Below are positions 11,060-20,704 of a stretch of 64,000 nt of DNA, piece after piece (within the stretch, counting starts at the first letter, position 1; the number at the start of each line of letters is the position of its first letter). This DNA comes from Pseudoflavonifractor sp. (GTDB lineage Bacteria > Bacteroidota > Bacteroidia > Bacteroidales > Muribaculaceae). The stretch lies in contig JAMPAQ010000001.1 in the NCBI GenBank assembly GCA_023667145.1, forward strand, positions 1,375,118 through 1,439,117, read 5' to 3'. The position numbers and the translations under genes are program-made. The notes beneath the pieces were generated by a model. That model had not been told where the DNA came from. It ran no database searches and was given only the letters and a program-made list of their open reading frames with translations.

Positions 11060-11752
11060 TCACAGTCCGGGGTGGAGGACTGTCTCGACGAGGTAGAGGG
11101 CGCGGATGGCCGAGCGGCTGACCTCGATGTCGTCGTAGGAGGAGTTGGCGCTGCGGAGTATCACCTTGTCGGGGTCGGGATGGCGGCGGAGATACTTGAC
11201 CATGCGGTAGTCGTCGAGGACGACGACATAAATCTGTCCCCAGTAGATGACGCGGGGGTCAGTGAGGGGGCGCAGGGCAATGGAGTCGCCGTGGCGTATG
11301 ACCGGCTCCATGGAGTCGCCGCTGACGTTGACGATGACTGAGCGGCTGTCGAGCCGTGGCAACGTGACGGTGCCGATGACGCGGTCGTCGGTGAGCATGG
11401 CCGACAGCTCGGCGCATCCGGCGGTGACATCAATGTCGTAGACCGGCGTGCCGGGAACACCGGGAGGGTTGAGGGTTATGTCGGTGTCGGGATGGTCAGA
11501 GCGGTGGACGGCGCTGCGGTCGTAGGGTAGGCCGATGCCGTCGCGGAGCCACTGCTTGGAGACACCGAGATCGACGACAATGCGGTTGATGAGCGAGTCG
11601 CTTATGGCGAGTCGCCCCGACAGATGTTTGGAGAGGTTGGACGGGTCGATGCCGAGCCGCTTGGCAAACGCCGCCTGCGACATGCCGGAGCGTGACATGA
11701 GGTGGCGAATGCGGCCTATTACGGCATCGGTGTCGATTGCGGGAGATTTCAC
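11060..11752 (-). CDS. XRE-type HTH / S24 peptidase repressor (CI/LexA-like)
   Basis: This is the in-frame C-terminal 230 codons of ORF 11060..12286. The GTG start at 11752-11750 overlaps the mrp stop (GTGA). The HTH reads IGRIRHLMSRSGMSQAAFAKRLGIDPSNLSKHL. An Ala-Gly site lies in DVTAGCA. S24 motifs are Ser in GDSMEP and Lys in MVKYL. Confidence 0.75.
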   Translation of the reverse strand: MKSPAIDTDAVIGRIRHLMSRSGMSQAAFAKRLGIDPSNLSKHLSGRLAISDSLINRIVVDLGVSKQWLRDGIGLPYDRSAVHRSDHPDTDITLNPPGVPGTPVYDIDVTAGCAELSAMLTDDRVIGTVTLPRLDSRSVIVNVSGDSMEPVIRHGDSIALRPLTDPRVIYWGQIYVVVLDDYRMVKYLRRHPDPDKVILRSANSSYDDIEVSRSAIRALYLVETVLHPGL

Positions 11753-12858
11753 TTGTGGGTGACGTTGACCTTGGCGGTGGGTGGGAGCTGGGCGTTGCGA
11801 GTATCGACAGCGTCGATGACTTCGCGGGCAAGGTGCATGAACGCCTGGCCGGTGATGGTGTCCTCTGTGGCTATGGGTTTGCCCGCATCGCTGGCATCGC
11901 AGATGGTACCCACGACAGGTATCTGGGCCAATAGCTTGACATGCAGTTCCTCGGCGAGTCGCACGGCACCCTCGCGGCCAAAGATGTAGTAGCGCTCGTC
12001 GGGATGGGCGGCCGGGGTGAACCATGCCATGTTCTCGACGATGCCGAGTATGGGGACGTTGACCTTGTCGCCGGTAAACATGGCTATGCCCTTGCGCGCA
12101 TCGGCGAGGGCCACCTCCTGTGGGGTGCTGACGATGACCACGCCGGTGATGGCGAGGGTCTGGACGAGGGTGAGGTGTATGTCGCTCGTGCCGGGGGGCA
12201 TGTCGATGAGGAAGTAGTCGAGCTCGCCCCAGTCGGCGTCGGTGATGAGTTGCTTCAAGGCGTTGGAGGCCATGCTGCCACGCCATAGGACGGCGCTGTC
12301 GGGGTTGACGAAAAATCCGATTGAAAGCACCTTTACGCCATAGCGCTCAAAGGGGATGATGAGGTCGCGGCCATCGACCGTGTGCATGTACAGCTGCTCC
12401 CCCTCGACCCCAAACATCTTGGGGACTGACGGGCCGAAGATGTCGGCATCGAGGAGTCCCACCTTGTAGCCCTCGCGGGCCAGGGCGATGGCGAGGTTGC
12501 TCGCTACGGTCGACTTGCCTACACCGCCCTTGCCCGAGGAGATGCCGATGATGTTGCGCACGCCGGGCAGGGGATTCTCCTTGGGTGCCGGGGTGGCCTG
12601 GCGGGTCTTGACCGCGATGTTGCCCTTGATATCGACTTCGGGGTCAACGTAGGTGAGTATGGCGGTCTCGGCGGCCTTGACTACCGACTTGATGAACGGG
12701 TCGGTGGGCTTGTCAAATATGAGGGAGAATGAGACACGGTTGCCGTCGATGCGCATGTCGTCCTCGACCATGCCGAGATCGACGATGTCGCGGCCATTGC
12801 CGGGATAGCGCACGTTGCGCAGGGTGTCGAGTATGAGGTTGGGGTAGAGTGTCTGCAT
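11749..12858 (-). CDS. mrp: Mrp/NBP35 (ApbC) iron-sulfur cluster carrier ATPase
   Basis: 369 aa. N-terminal DUF59-like region, deviant Walker A SGKGGVGKST, and a CxxC-like region absent or variant. Confidence 0.9.
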   Translation of the reverse strand: MQTLYPNLILDTLRNVRYPGNGRDIVDLGMVEDDMRIDGNRVSFSLIFDKPTDPFIKSVVKAAETAILTYVDPEVDIKGNIAVKTRQATPAPKENPLPGVRNIIGISSGKGGVGKSTVASNLAIALAREGYKVGLLDADIFGPSVPKMFGVEGEQLYMHTVDGRDLIIPFERYGVKVLSIGFFVNPDSAVLWRGSMASNALKQLITDADWGELDYFLIDMPPGTSDIHLTLVQTLAITGVVIVSTPQEVALADARKGIAMFTGDKVNVPILGIVENMAWFTPAAHPDERYYIFGREGAVRLAEELHVKLLAQIPVVGTICDASDAGKPIATEDTITGQAFMHLAREVIDAVDTRNAQLPPTAKVNVTHK

Positions 12859-12876
12859 AGAGGGATGTATATACTG

Positions 12877-13695
12877 TTATTCGGTCATTTGGTTAGTGGT
12901 GGCGGTGGCATCATGCCCCTGCCTCGGGGTGACACGCGGGGCGCACTTGTCGGGGCATTGCAACTCGCCGCGTGAGAAGCTGCGGTAGGTATCAAACTCG
13001 ATGTCGACCTCCGGCTCGGTGAGCGCTCCCTCGTGGGGCAGGTTGAACGACAGGTATTTGATGGTGAGTCCCCGGTCGAGCCACTGCTGCTCGTAGAATG
13101 TGCGTATGTTAAGGATGTCAGTGGCCAGCCCCGAGTGATAGAGGTCGTCGGTGTCGATGTTGACCGGCAGACGGTTGTGGATGGACATCAGGCGCGTGTA
13201 GGTGTAGAGAAACGGGCTGTCGCTCTTGAGGTGGATGGTGCCGTTGTCGGCGAGTACCTGACGGTAGAGGTCGAGAAAGCGGGTGGAGGTGAGGCGTTTG
13301 CGCACCTTTTTCATCTGAGGGTCGGGAAATGTGATCCATATCTCCGACACCTCGCCGGGAGCGAAGAACGAGGGGAGCAGCTCGATGTTTGTGCGCACGA
13401 ACGCCACGTTGCCGAGACCCTCGCGAGAGGCCTGTGTGGCTCCGGTCCACATGCGTGCGCCCTTGATGTCGATGCCGATGAAGTTTTTGTCGGGAAACCG
13501 GCGGGCGAGGCCAACGGCATATTCCCCCTTGCCGCATCCGAGCTCAAGCACGATGGGGTTGTCGTTGTGGAAGTAGTCGGAGTGCCACTTGCCACGCAGG
13601 GGGAAGCCATCGCGCTGAAGCACGGCAAAGGGGTATTGGAACACGCAGTCCATCGACTGCATGTCGCTGAATTTCTTTAGTTTGTTCTTTCCCAT
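12877..13695 (-). CDS. trmB: tRNA (guanine46-N7)-methyltransferase
   Basis: 272 aa. [14 protein letters not shown] motif, plus FPDPQMKK and HLKSD motifs. Confidence 0.85.
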   Translation of the reverse strand: MGKNKLKKFSDMQSMDCVFQYPFAVLQRDGFPLRGKWHSDYFHNDNPIVLELGCGKGEYAVGLARRFPDKNFIGIDIKGARMWTGATQASREGLGNVAFVRTNIELLPSFFAPGEVSEIWITFPDPQMKKVRKRLTSTRFLDLYRQVLADNGTIHLKSDSPFLYTYTRLMSIHNRLPVNIDTDDLYHSGLATDILNIRTFYEQQWLDRGLTIKYLSFNLPHEGALTEPEVDIEFDTYRSFSRGELQCPDKCAPRVTPRQGHDATATTNQMTE

Positions 13696-13728
13696 AGTCG
13701 GTAGGTCATCGGGAGAGAGGGGTCAGTG

Positions 13729-15222
13729 TCAGGGGTTGCGGCGGGCCACCTTGACCGAGGTCTGCGTGCCGTTGTCGAGGTCGAGCTTGACGATGTACAG
13801 GCGCGTGGTGAGGTCGGAGGTGTCGATGGTGACGGAGGTGTCGTCGGGCTCTACGTAGGCGTGGCGTGTGCCGGTCGAGTCATAGAGCGAGGCCGAGAGG
13901 ATGTTGGCGCTCGACGTGATTATCAGGTCGTAGCCTGAGAAACGGGCATCTACATCGACCTTGCTGTCGACGGTGGGGGAGATGGAGGCCGAGGTGAATG
14001 TGATGTTAAACTCCTGCCACTGGGGCGTGGCCTTGAATTGCGAGGCCATGTCGCCCTTGACGGTGAGTGTTGCCTTGGACTGGTCGACTCCCTGCCATAC
14101 GTTGTCGCCGAGTTCGGGAACGTCTGACAGCTCCATGCCGTTGAGGTCTGCGAGGCGTGTCCATCCTTCAAAGGCGTTGTCGCCGATGTAGGTCAATGTC
14201 TCAGGGAGGCTGAATGCCGCGATGTGGTCCATGCCGGCGAGCGAGTAGGCCCCGATGCTGGCGATGCCGTCGGGCATCAGTGCTGAGGGGTCTATCGAGT
14301 TGTCACCCTTGAGCAGGTAGGGAGGGAGTGCTGTCATAGCGGCGGGAGTGGTGTAGGTCTCAAGGGCGGTGTCCTCAAAAAACGCGCCCTCGCCCATTCG
14401 GGTCACCTCGTCAGGTAGCATGACGGCGACGAGTGACTTGCAGCGGGCAAACGCCCAGTCGCCGATGGAGTCGAGCGATACTGACTGACGCAGGTCGAGT
14501 TCTGTCAGACCCGATGACTCAAAGGCACTGGGGGCGATGGTCTCAAGGCTGCGGGGAAATGTGAGCGATGAGAGCGACGAGCATCCGGCAAAGGCTTTCT
14601 CGCCGATGAGGCTGACACTTTGGGGGAGCGTCACGTCGCTGAGGGCGGTGCAGCGGGCAAATGCCGATGAGCCGAGGCTGTCGATGTCGGCATCGACCGT
14701 GGCCTTGGCAAGGGAGCCGCATCCCATGAACGTGTGGTTGCCCATGTCGGTCACCGATGAGGGTACGGTGATGGAGGTGAGTCTCTGGCAACCGCTGAAC
14801 GCGCCGTCGCCTATCGTTGTCACCGATGACGGTATGGTGATGGAAGTTATGCCCGTGGAGGCGAGTGCGCCCTCGCCGATGGCCGTGAGACCCGCAGGGA
14901 ATTTCACGGTTGTCAGCGACCCGAGACCCATCAGGGCATATGGGGGCAGCACATCGGCATCGGAGTTGGATACCGAGGTGAGTACGGTCGTGCCGATATA
15001 TGACTCTACGCGTGCGCCTGAGAGGTCAAGGGTCTTGAGGTCGTCGAGCGATGAGATGAAGTCAAAGTCGGCGGCATCGAGTGTCCCCGTGACGGTGAGG
15101 TCGGTTATGGCCTTGTCGGTTACGGTCGATGATAGTTGACCGGCTGTGTTTTCAACAGTTACGGCACTGGCCGTGGCAGTGACGAGTAGTGAGGACAGAA
15201 GTATTGATAAGGGTAATTTCAT
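13729..15222 (-). CDS. BspA-type leucine-rich repeat protein with T9SS C-terminal sorting domain
   Basis: 497 aa with a signal peptide. Repeats of the form IPSSVTTIGDGAFSGCxxLTSITxP recur. The C-terminal beta-rich tail reads ...RLYIVKLDLDNGTQTSVKVARRNP. Confidence 0.8.
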   Translation of the reverse strand: MKLPLSILLSSLLVTATASAVTVENTAGQLSSTVTDKAITDLTVTGTLDAADFDFISSLDDLKTLDLSGARVESYIGTTVLTSVSNSDADVLPPYALMGLGSLTTVKFPAGLTAIGEGALASTGITSITIPSSVTTIGDGAFSGCQRLTSITVPSSVTDMGNHTFMGCGSLAKATVDADIDSLGSSAFARCTALSDVTLPQSVSLIGEKAFAGCSSLSSLTFPRSLETIAPSAFESSGLTELDLRQSVSLDSIGDWAFARCKSLVAVMLPDEVTRMGEGAFFEDTALETYTTPAAMTALPPYLLKGDNSIDPSALMPDGIASIGAYSLAGMDHIAAFSLPETLTYIGDNAFEGWTRLADLNGMELSDVPELGDNVWQGVDQSKATLTVKGDMASQFKATPQWQEFNITFTSASISPTVDSKVDVDARFSGYDLIITSSANILSASLYDSTGTRHAYVEPDDTSVTIDTSDLTTRLYIVKLDLDNGTQTSVKVARRNP

Positions 15223-15255
15223 TGCAGTTTACGATATTGTACACTAAATAACGCG

Positions 15256-15263
15256 CAAAGTTA
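15256..15263 (-). promoter_or_regulatory. -7 box (TAACTTTG on the minus strand) for the LRR gene
   Basis: The plus strand reads caaagtta, 34 nt upstream of the ATG at 15222. Confidence 0.45.
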
Positions 15264-15478
15264 CACAATTATTGCTTATCCACAATCTTACAGTTGGTTA
15301 AAAAGTCCCATTGCCCTCGGACCCGCGTCCCTGAAGGATTCCATCGTCTACTCCACCGCTCCACGCGGGCGCACCGGGGTGCGCCCCTACTGGTGGACGC
15401 GGGGGGACGACACAACGGGAGCCGGGCTGATGAGGCCCGGCTCCCGGATGGTGGCGGTCGGCGTTTGCCGACTCGGGG

Positions 15479-16918
15479 TCAGCGGACAGCGACCTTGTGG
15501 AGGGTGGCGTTGACGCTGACGAGGTATGCCCCGGCGGGGAGGGGTATGGCGACGCGGGGTGCGGCGGGGCGCACAGCCACCGTGGCCCCGGTGGGGAGGT
15601 AGACGGTGATGTCACCTGCGACCGCGCCCTCGACGACGATGCGGCCCGGCAGGCCGGTGACGCTCACGGTGTCTGCGGCGGTGTCGCCGATGCCCGAGAG
15701 GTCGGCCTTGACGGTGACCTCACAGGTGGCGGTGATGTCGGGATAGCGGACTGACGTGGCCGTCAGCAGTGCGTCGCCCGTGGCGATTGCCGTCACCGTG
15801 CCGTCGGGGCTGACGGAGGCCACAGCCGGGTCGGAGCTCGACCACGTCACGGCGGGATGGAGTGCGTCGGCGGGCACGGGATCGGCGGTGAGCGTCACTG
15901 TCTCCCCGGCGGTCATGCTGAGCAGCGAGGGGGTGAGCGACAGTGCCGTCAGCGGCACGTTGGCGCGTGTCCACGAGTAGGCCGGGCCCCATCCGCGCTC
16001 GGTGCGTGGGCGTACGGTGAGGACATACTCGTCGCTCTCCTCAGCGGGGAACGGCACTGTCAGCGGGTCGAACGACACCTCCTCGGCGGGGGCGACATCG
16101 ACCTGCGTGCCGTTGCCCGTGCCGGGGTCGTCGCCCCAGAAATACTCAAGCCCGGTGATGAGCAGCGGCACGCTTCCGCGCACGAGCACCCGGGCAGTGT
16201 GGGTCACCGACCATCCGGCGGGTCCGCGCACACGCAGTCCCAGCAGGTGCTCACCCTCGGCGAGTCCCGAGGCGTCGAGCGTGGCCTGCCGTGGGACGCC
16301 CGGGGCCGACGGATCGTCAGGCCCTGTGAGCGCCGGGATGGCCGTGGCGTTGCCAACGCCCGGGTCGGAGTCCCAGAAGTACTCGGCGGCGGTTATGGCC
16401 GACGGGTCGTGGGAGCCACGGTTCCACACGGCGGTGGAGAGGGTCACCGACCACTGTCCCCGCGACATGACACGCACCCCGAGGGTGTTCAGCCCCTCGG
16501 CGAGTCCCGAGGCATCGAGCGAGGCGGCGCGGAGACCCTTGCCCCCGGCGAGCGTCATGGGTGTGGCCGCGCCCACACCGGGATCGTCATTCCAGAAAAA
16601 CTCGGCAGCCTCCACGTCGGCGGGCGACGAGGGTCGGCTCCACACCATGGCTGTGTGGGTCACCGACCACTGGCCGGCGTTGCGGGCGCGGATGCCGAGG
16701 ATGTTGAGTCCATCGCGCATCCCGGTGACGGGCACGGAGGCGGCGCGGAAGCCGTCGGCGCCGCCGTCGGGGAGCGTCAGGGCCGTGGCGTGGCCCACAC
16801 CGGGGTCATCGTTCCAGAAAAACTCGGCCCGCATCTCCGCCCGGCCAATGGGGGCAGCGAGCAGCAGCGCGGCCACCACCGGCGGCACGCGCAGACAACG
16901 GATGAGCCGGTCAGTCAT
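15479..16918 (-). CDS. Secreted repeat protein: four FFWxDDPGxG modules, a Big_2-like Ig domain and a T9SS C-terminal domain
   Basis: 479 aa and visibly very GC-rich. Modules start at aa 32, 106, 179 and 258 (EFFWNDDPGVG, EFFWNDDPGVG, EYFWDSDPGVG, EYFWGDDPGTG), and each ends in ...LGxRxxxxxGxWSVT. The Ig-like segment is LTPSLLSMTAGETVTLTADP...WSSSDPAVASV. The C-terminal tail is ...AGAYLVSVNATLHKVAVR. Confidence 0.75.
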   Translation of the reverse strand: MTDRLIRCLRVPPVVAALLLAAPIGRAEMRAEFFWNDDPGVGHATALTLPDGGADGFRAASVPVTGMRDGLNILGIRARNAGQWSVTHTAMVWSRPSSPADVEAAEFFWNDDPGVGAATPMTLAGGKGLRAASLDASGLAEGLNTLGVRVMSRGQWSVTLSTAVWNRGSHDPSAITAAEYFWDSDPGVGNATAIPALTGPDDPSAPGVPRQATLDASGLAEGEHLLGLRVRGPAGWSVTHTARVLVRGSVPLLITGLEYFWGDDPGTGNGTQVDVAPAEEVSFDPLTVPFPAEESDEYVLTVRPRTERGWGPAYSWTRANVPLTALSLTPSLLSMTAGETVTLTADPVPADALHPAVTWSSSDPAVASVSPDGTVTAIATGDALLTATSVRYPDITATCEVTVKADLSGIGDTAADTVSVTGLPGRIVVEGAVAGDITVYLPTGATVAVRPAAPRVAIPLPAGAYLVSVNATLHKVAVR

Positions 16919-17939
16919 TCTGCGTGGCGACTTTAAGTTTGATATCGAGCTTGCCGTCGGTGGGGGCTGATGGAATCAGCGCCTCAACGATGTGGGGCAT
17001 GTTGAGGGGGATTCCCGACAGGACGTAGGGAGTCGCGCCGCCGAATGCCCCGCAGTCGCCGCCGTCAGTGGCCTTGCCCTTGGCGACACTGTCGTCGCGC
17101 AGCAGGTAGCGGTCGCCGGATATGTTGTCGATAAAGGTGTTTTCAAGGGTTGCCCCGACAAAGTGATTGTTGGTGTATACCGCGTCGGCATATTTCTCAG
17201 GGCACGACAGCACGTTGTTGACGATGGTGTTGTTGTCATCGGCATTAAACCTTATCGTGCGTGCCTTGTAGGGAATCTTGTCAACCCCGGTATTCTTGGA
17301 TGTATTTATGACTATGTTGTTCTTTATGACCGAGTTTGTGAATCTATACAGGATTTCATTACTTCCGTCATGCGAACGGATGATAGTGTTATTCTCGACA
17401 ATAGAGTTGTCGTCGCCCCATAGATGGCCAAGAATAATGTTGTTGTTGACAATTGAATTGGAATGGTGTGCTTCTAAATAGTTGGTGATGAGGTTGCCAA
17501 TCACTTTACTGCCCTTGCCGTAAATATTCACGCTGTTGATTTGACATCGAGTGATTGTGCAGTTATTCCATTGATCATTATTTGGTGTTGACACTCCACC
17601 GACTTTGCAACCTTGGATGGTTGATCCCTTTGAGAGATAGAAGAAATTTCCCGAGATTTCGGCGTGCCGCCCCTCATGCCAGTCGGTGTTGGATGAGAGC
17701 AGGTAGCCGGGGCCGGTGATGGTGATGTTATCTTTGGACAGTGTGCAAGCGGAATATTGTCCGGGGTCGAGGAGGAGTTCGTCGCCTTCCTCGACGCGTT
17801 CGTCATCCATCGCGTCGACGATGGAGGTAAAGTCGGCCTTGGCCTCGGGATTGGGGTTGAGCCGCCATGTCCGGGCGGTGAGTGAAGCTGATGTGCCGAG
17901 TACGAGCGCTGCGGCAAGTAGTAGTTTGCTTGTGTTCAT
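16911..17939 (-). CDS. Secreted right-handed parallel beta-helix repeat protein
   Basis: The ATG at 17939 gives MNTSKLLLAAALVLGTSASLTA. The ORF-track start at 18011 adds 24 non-signal residues. N-rich beta-helix rungs recur (NNNIILG, VENNTII, IKNNIVIN, IVNNVL). The stop overlaps the next ATG by 8 nt (ATGACTGA). Confidence 0.7.
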   Translation of the reverse strand: MNTSKLLLAAALVLGTSASLTARTWRLNPNPEAKADFTSIVDAMDDERVEEGDELLLDPGQYSACTLSKDNITITGPGYLLSSNTDWHEGRHAEISGNFFYLSKGSTIQGCKVGGVSTPNNDQWNNCTITRCQINSVNIYGKGSKVIGNLITNYLEAHHSNSIVNNNIILGHLWGDDNSIVENNTIIRSHDGSNEILYRFTNSVIKNNIVINTSKNTGVDKIPYKARTIRFNADDNNTIVNNVLSCPEKYADAVYTNNHFVGATLENTFIDNISGDRYLLRDDSVAKGKATDGGDCGAFGGATPYVLSGIPLNMPHIVEALIPSAPTDGKLDIKLKVATQND

Positions 17940-18041
17940 AAATGGGTTTAGGTTAAAAATTTGTGGGTTTGATGAATGATTGCGGGTTCCGGGATCGGCG
18001 GGTGGCGGCAAAAAAGAGGCGTGGACCCAAATTTGCTCTAT

Positions 18042-18169
18042 GGTACCTCCGGTCTTCGACTACCTAACTCACCGATATCACAAATGAAAGCCCACGCTTA
18101 TGAACCAAGCGTGAGCTCTAACTTTCATTTGTCGGTGAGTCGTCAAAAGTGTCGAAGTTTTGAGGTACC
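18042..18169. repeat. 128-nt imperfect long hairpin (MITE- or ncRNA-like)
   Basis: Paired blocks are ggtacctc (18042-49) with gaggtacc (18162-69), cttcgac (18054-60) with gtcgaag (18151-57), ctcaccga (18068-75) with tcggtgag (18132-39), and caaatgaaag (18081-90) with ctttcatttg (18122-31). The apical pair is cacgctt / aagcgtg (18093-99 / 18107-13). Confidence 0.6.
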
Positions 18170-18279
18170 TACAATAAAGCTAAAGCTCTTTTTTATAATA
18201 TGTCCGCTAATGACAGGGATTTATTTCATTGGCAAGAAGTTTTAGTCGGTTAATGGATAATGTCTCGGTCGGCGGCAAC

Positions 18280-19335
18280 AGCGGGTAGTGATAATTGCCT
18301 CCATAGCGTGGCCGCCGCGTAAGCATCGAGCTTACGGTGGCAAATATATGGCATTTGCCGATAATAACCATCATCCCCGCAAGGATTTTTCGCCCCTCCC
18401 CCGATTTTTAACGTTTCCACCCCGTATCGGGAGGCATAACGGTATAGGGTGGTCGCGGCAAGGGATACTCCAACGGAGTGTTTTACTATAAGGCGTCCCT
18501 CCAGGACTTGGGATGGGGGAGTGGCCTACGCCGCCTCCGCGCCCCGCGCTAAAGCACGGGGTTCTCTCATTATCAGCGTCCCGGCGGGACGCGTCTGCCC
18601 GGGAGCCACGACTCTCCGCGGGTCGTGATGTCCCGTGCCAGTCTGATCCTGACGTTCTGCGTGCCATGATGTCCCGTGTCGGTCTGTTCCTGACGCTCTG
18701 TCGGGCGTAAGTCCCTCCGGGACGGCTCATGGTATAGACGATATCCATGGATTGGCATCACCCATCGCCCGTGGGAATTAGCGGACCTCTCCGAGGCCCA
18801 TATTCGCCCTGCTATACCGTTACCCCACGCCTCGCTGTCGCTCGTGGTGGGGCTACAACCAATCCGCGTCTCCGACGCTCCGTCGCCACGATGCGGATAA
18901 TTTTGGATCTTCGGGGTCGTGGTACGATGGGGGCTGATGCTCTATGGTCGCGGTGCTGTTTGCCGTCGATGCTGACGCTCTGTTGGTGGGGGTGTGCAGA
19001 TTGGATGGAGCGCCGGTGGGTGATGTGTGGATGATGTATGGAGCGCCGGAGGCGCGAATTGGTTGTAGCCCCACCACGGAGGGGCGGCGGGTCGGGCGTA
19101 AGCTCGGCGCGACGGCCCGGAGGTGTGGGGTTGGGATTTGTGAGTTATGGGATGGGCCTCGGAGAGGTCCGCTAATTTCCCCATGCCGCAACCGTTCCAC
19201 CCTGTTGCCGCCACTCCTTGCGACAGCCCGTCCGGCGACGAGCTGTCCCAGCGGGACAGCGATAATGAGAGAACCTTGGGCTTCAGCCCAAGGGCAGATG
19301 TCAACACCGGGCGGATGTCCCTGCATGGGGGATGA
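18280..19335. repeat. Gene-free mosaic of repeat modules arranged as a degenerate ~720-bp palindrome
   Basis: Three modules occur as inverted pairs in mirror order: A at 18560-18592 and 19242-19275, B at 18774-18801 and 19152-19180, C at 18843-18878 and 19043-19078. Only R/P/G-rich ORFs cross the region. Confidence 0.7.
18626..18700. repeat. Two tandem copies of a ~34-bp core with a 41-bp period
   Basis: tgatgtcccgtgccagtctgatcctgacgttctg (18626-18659) versus tgatgtcccgtgtcggtctgttcctgacgctctg (18667-18700), with 4 mismatches. Confidence 0.7.
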
Positions 19336-19350
19336 GGGGACGTGGGGGGA

Positions 19351-19384
19351 GAAACGAAAAGCGCCCGGCGGGTGGCCGGGCGCT
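19351..19384 (-). terminator. Intrinsic terminator of gap
   Basis: 10-bp stem agcgcccggc / gccgggcgct. On the minus strand it is followed by TTTTCGTTTC, and it lies 23 nt after the gap stop. Confidence 0.7.
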
Positions 19385-19406
19385 GTGGGGAAATGATGGA
19401 CGGGGA

Positions 19407-20495
<1,089 letters not shown>

Positions 20496-20516
20496 TCACC
20501 TGCTTTTTGGTCACGA

Positions 20517-20524
20517 CAAAAGTA
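20517..20524 (-). promoter_or_regulatory. -7 box (TACTTTTG on the minus strand) for gap
   Basis: The plus strand reads caaaagta, about 100 nt upstream of the ATG at 20417. Confidence 0.4.
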
Positions 20525-20670
20525 GTAATTTTTTTTCAAATAGTCTATTAAGGATTAATACGTATTAGAATTTTTCTTGAATTTTTTGTCATACGCTGTG
20601 CTTTATGGGGGAAAATGGGGGGTGTGGCAGACTTTTTGCGCCGGGGGGTGTTATTATTGAGACTATTTAT

Positions 20671-20678
20671 TAAATTTG
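20671..20678 (+). promoter_or_regulatory. -7 box TAAATTTG for mscL
   Basis: Exact TAnnTTTG match 27 nt upstream of the ATG at 20705. Confidence 0.5.
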
Positions 20679-20704
20679 CGAAAACTATAAAACTATTTAT
20701 CTGT

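Noticed and set aside
11753-12286. N-terminal 178 codons of ORF 11060..12286 (408 aa).
   Set aside because: This part overlaps mrp out of frame and translates to R/H/P-rich nonsense. The recognisable HTH begins right after the GTG at 11752.
15857-16970. 359-aa and 322-aa plus-strand ORFs opposite the FFW-repeat gene.
   Set aside because: They are R/G/A/S/P-rich nonsense translations. The minus-strand frame carries the repeat, Ig and T9SS tail signatures.
18626-18700. Possible CRISPR array.
   Set aside because: There are only two adjacent, imperfect repeat units with no unique spacer, and no cas genes in the window.
18930-19078. tmRNA/tRNA-like ends: GGGGCTGAT... at about 18931 and ...GTAGCCCCACCA at 19066-19076.
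   Set aside because: There is no T-arm (GGTTCGAnTCC) and no tag reading frame. The span is about 145 nt, far too short for tmRNA. The CCCCACCAC string is part of inverted module C, which also occurs reversed at 18843.
19186-19207. Minus-strand string cagggtggaacggttgcgg, which resembles the RNase P RNA conserved GGGUGAAACGG region.
   Set aside because: The other universally conserved RNase P blocks (GAGGAAAGUCC, ACAGAA..CGGCUUA) are not present nearby.
18371-19396. ORFs of 125, 157 and 150 aa inside the mosaic region.
   Set aside because: They are R/P/G/S-rich, lack start context and motifs, overlap each other on both strands and coincide with the inverted repeat modules.
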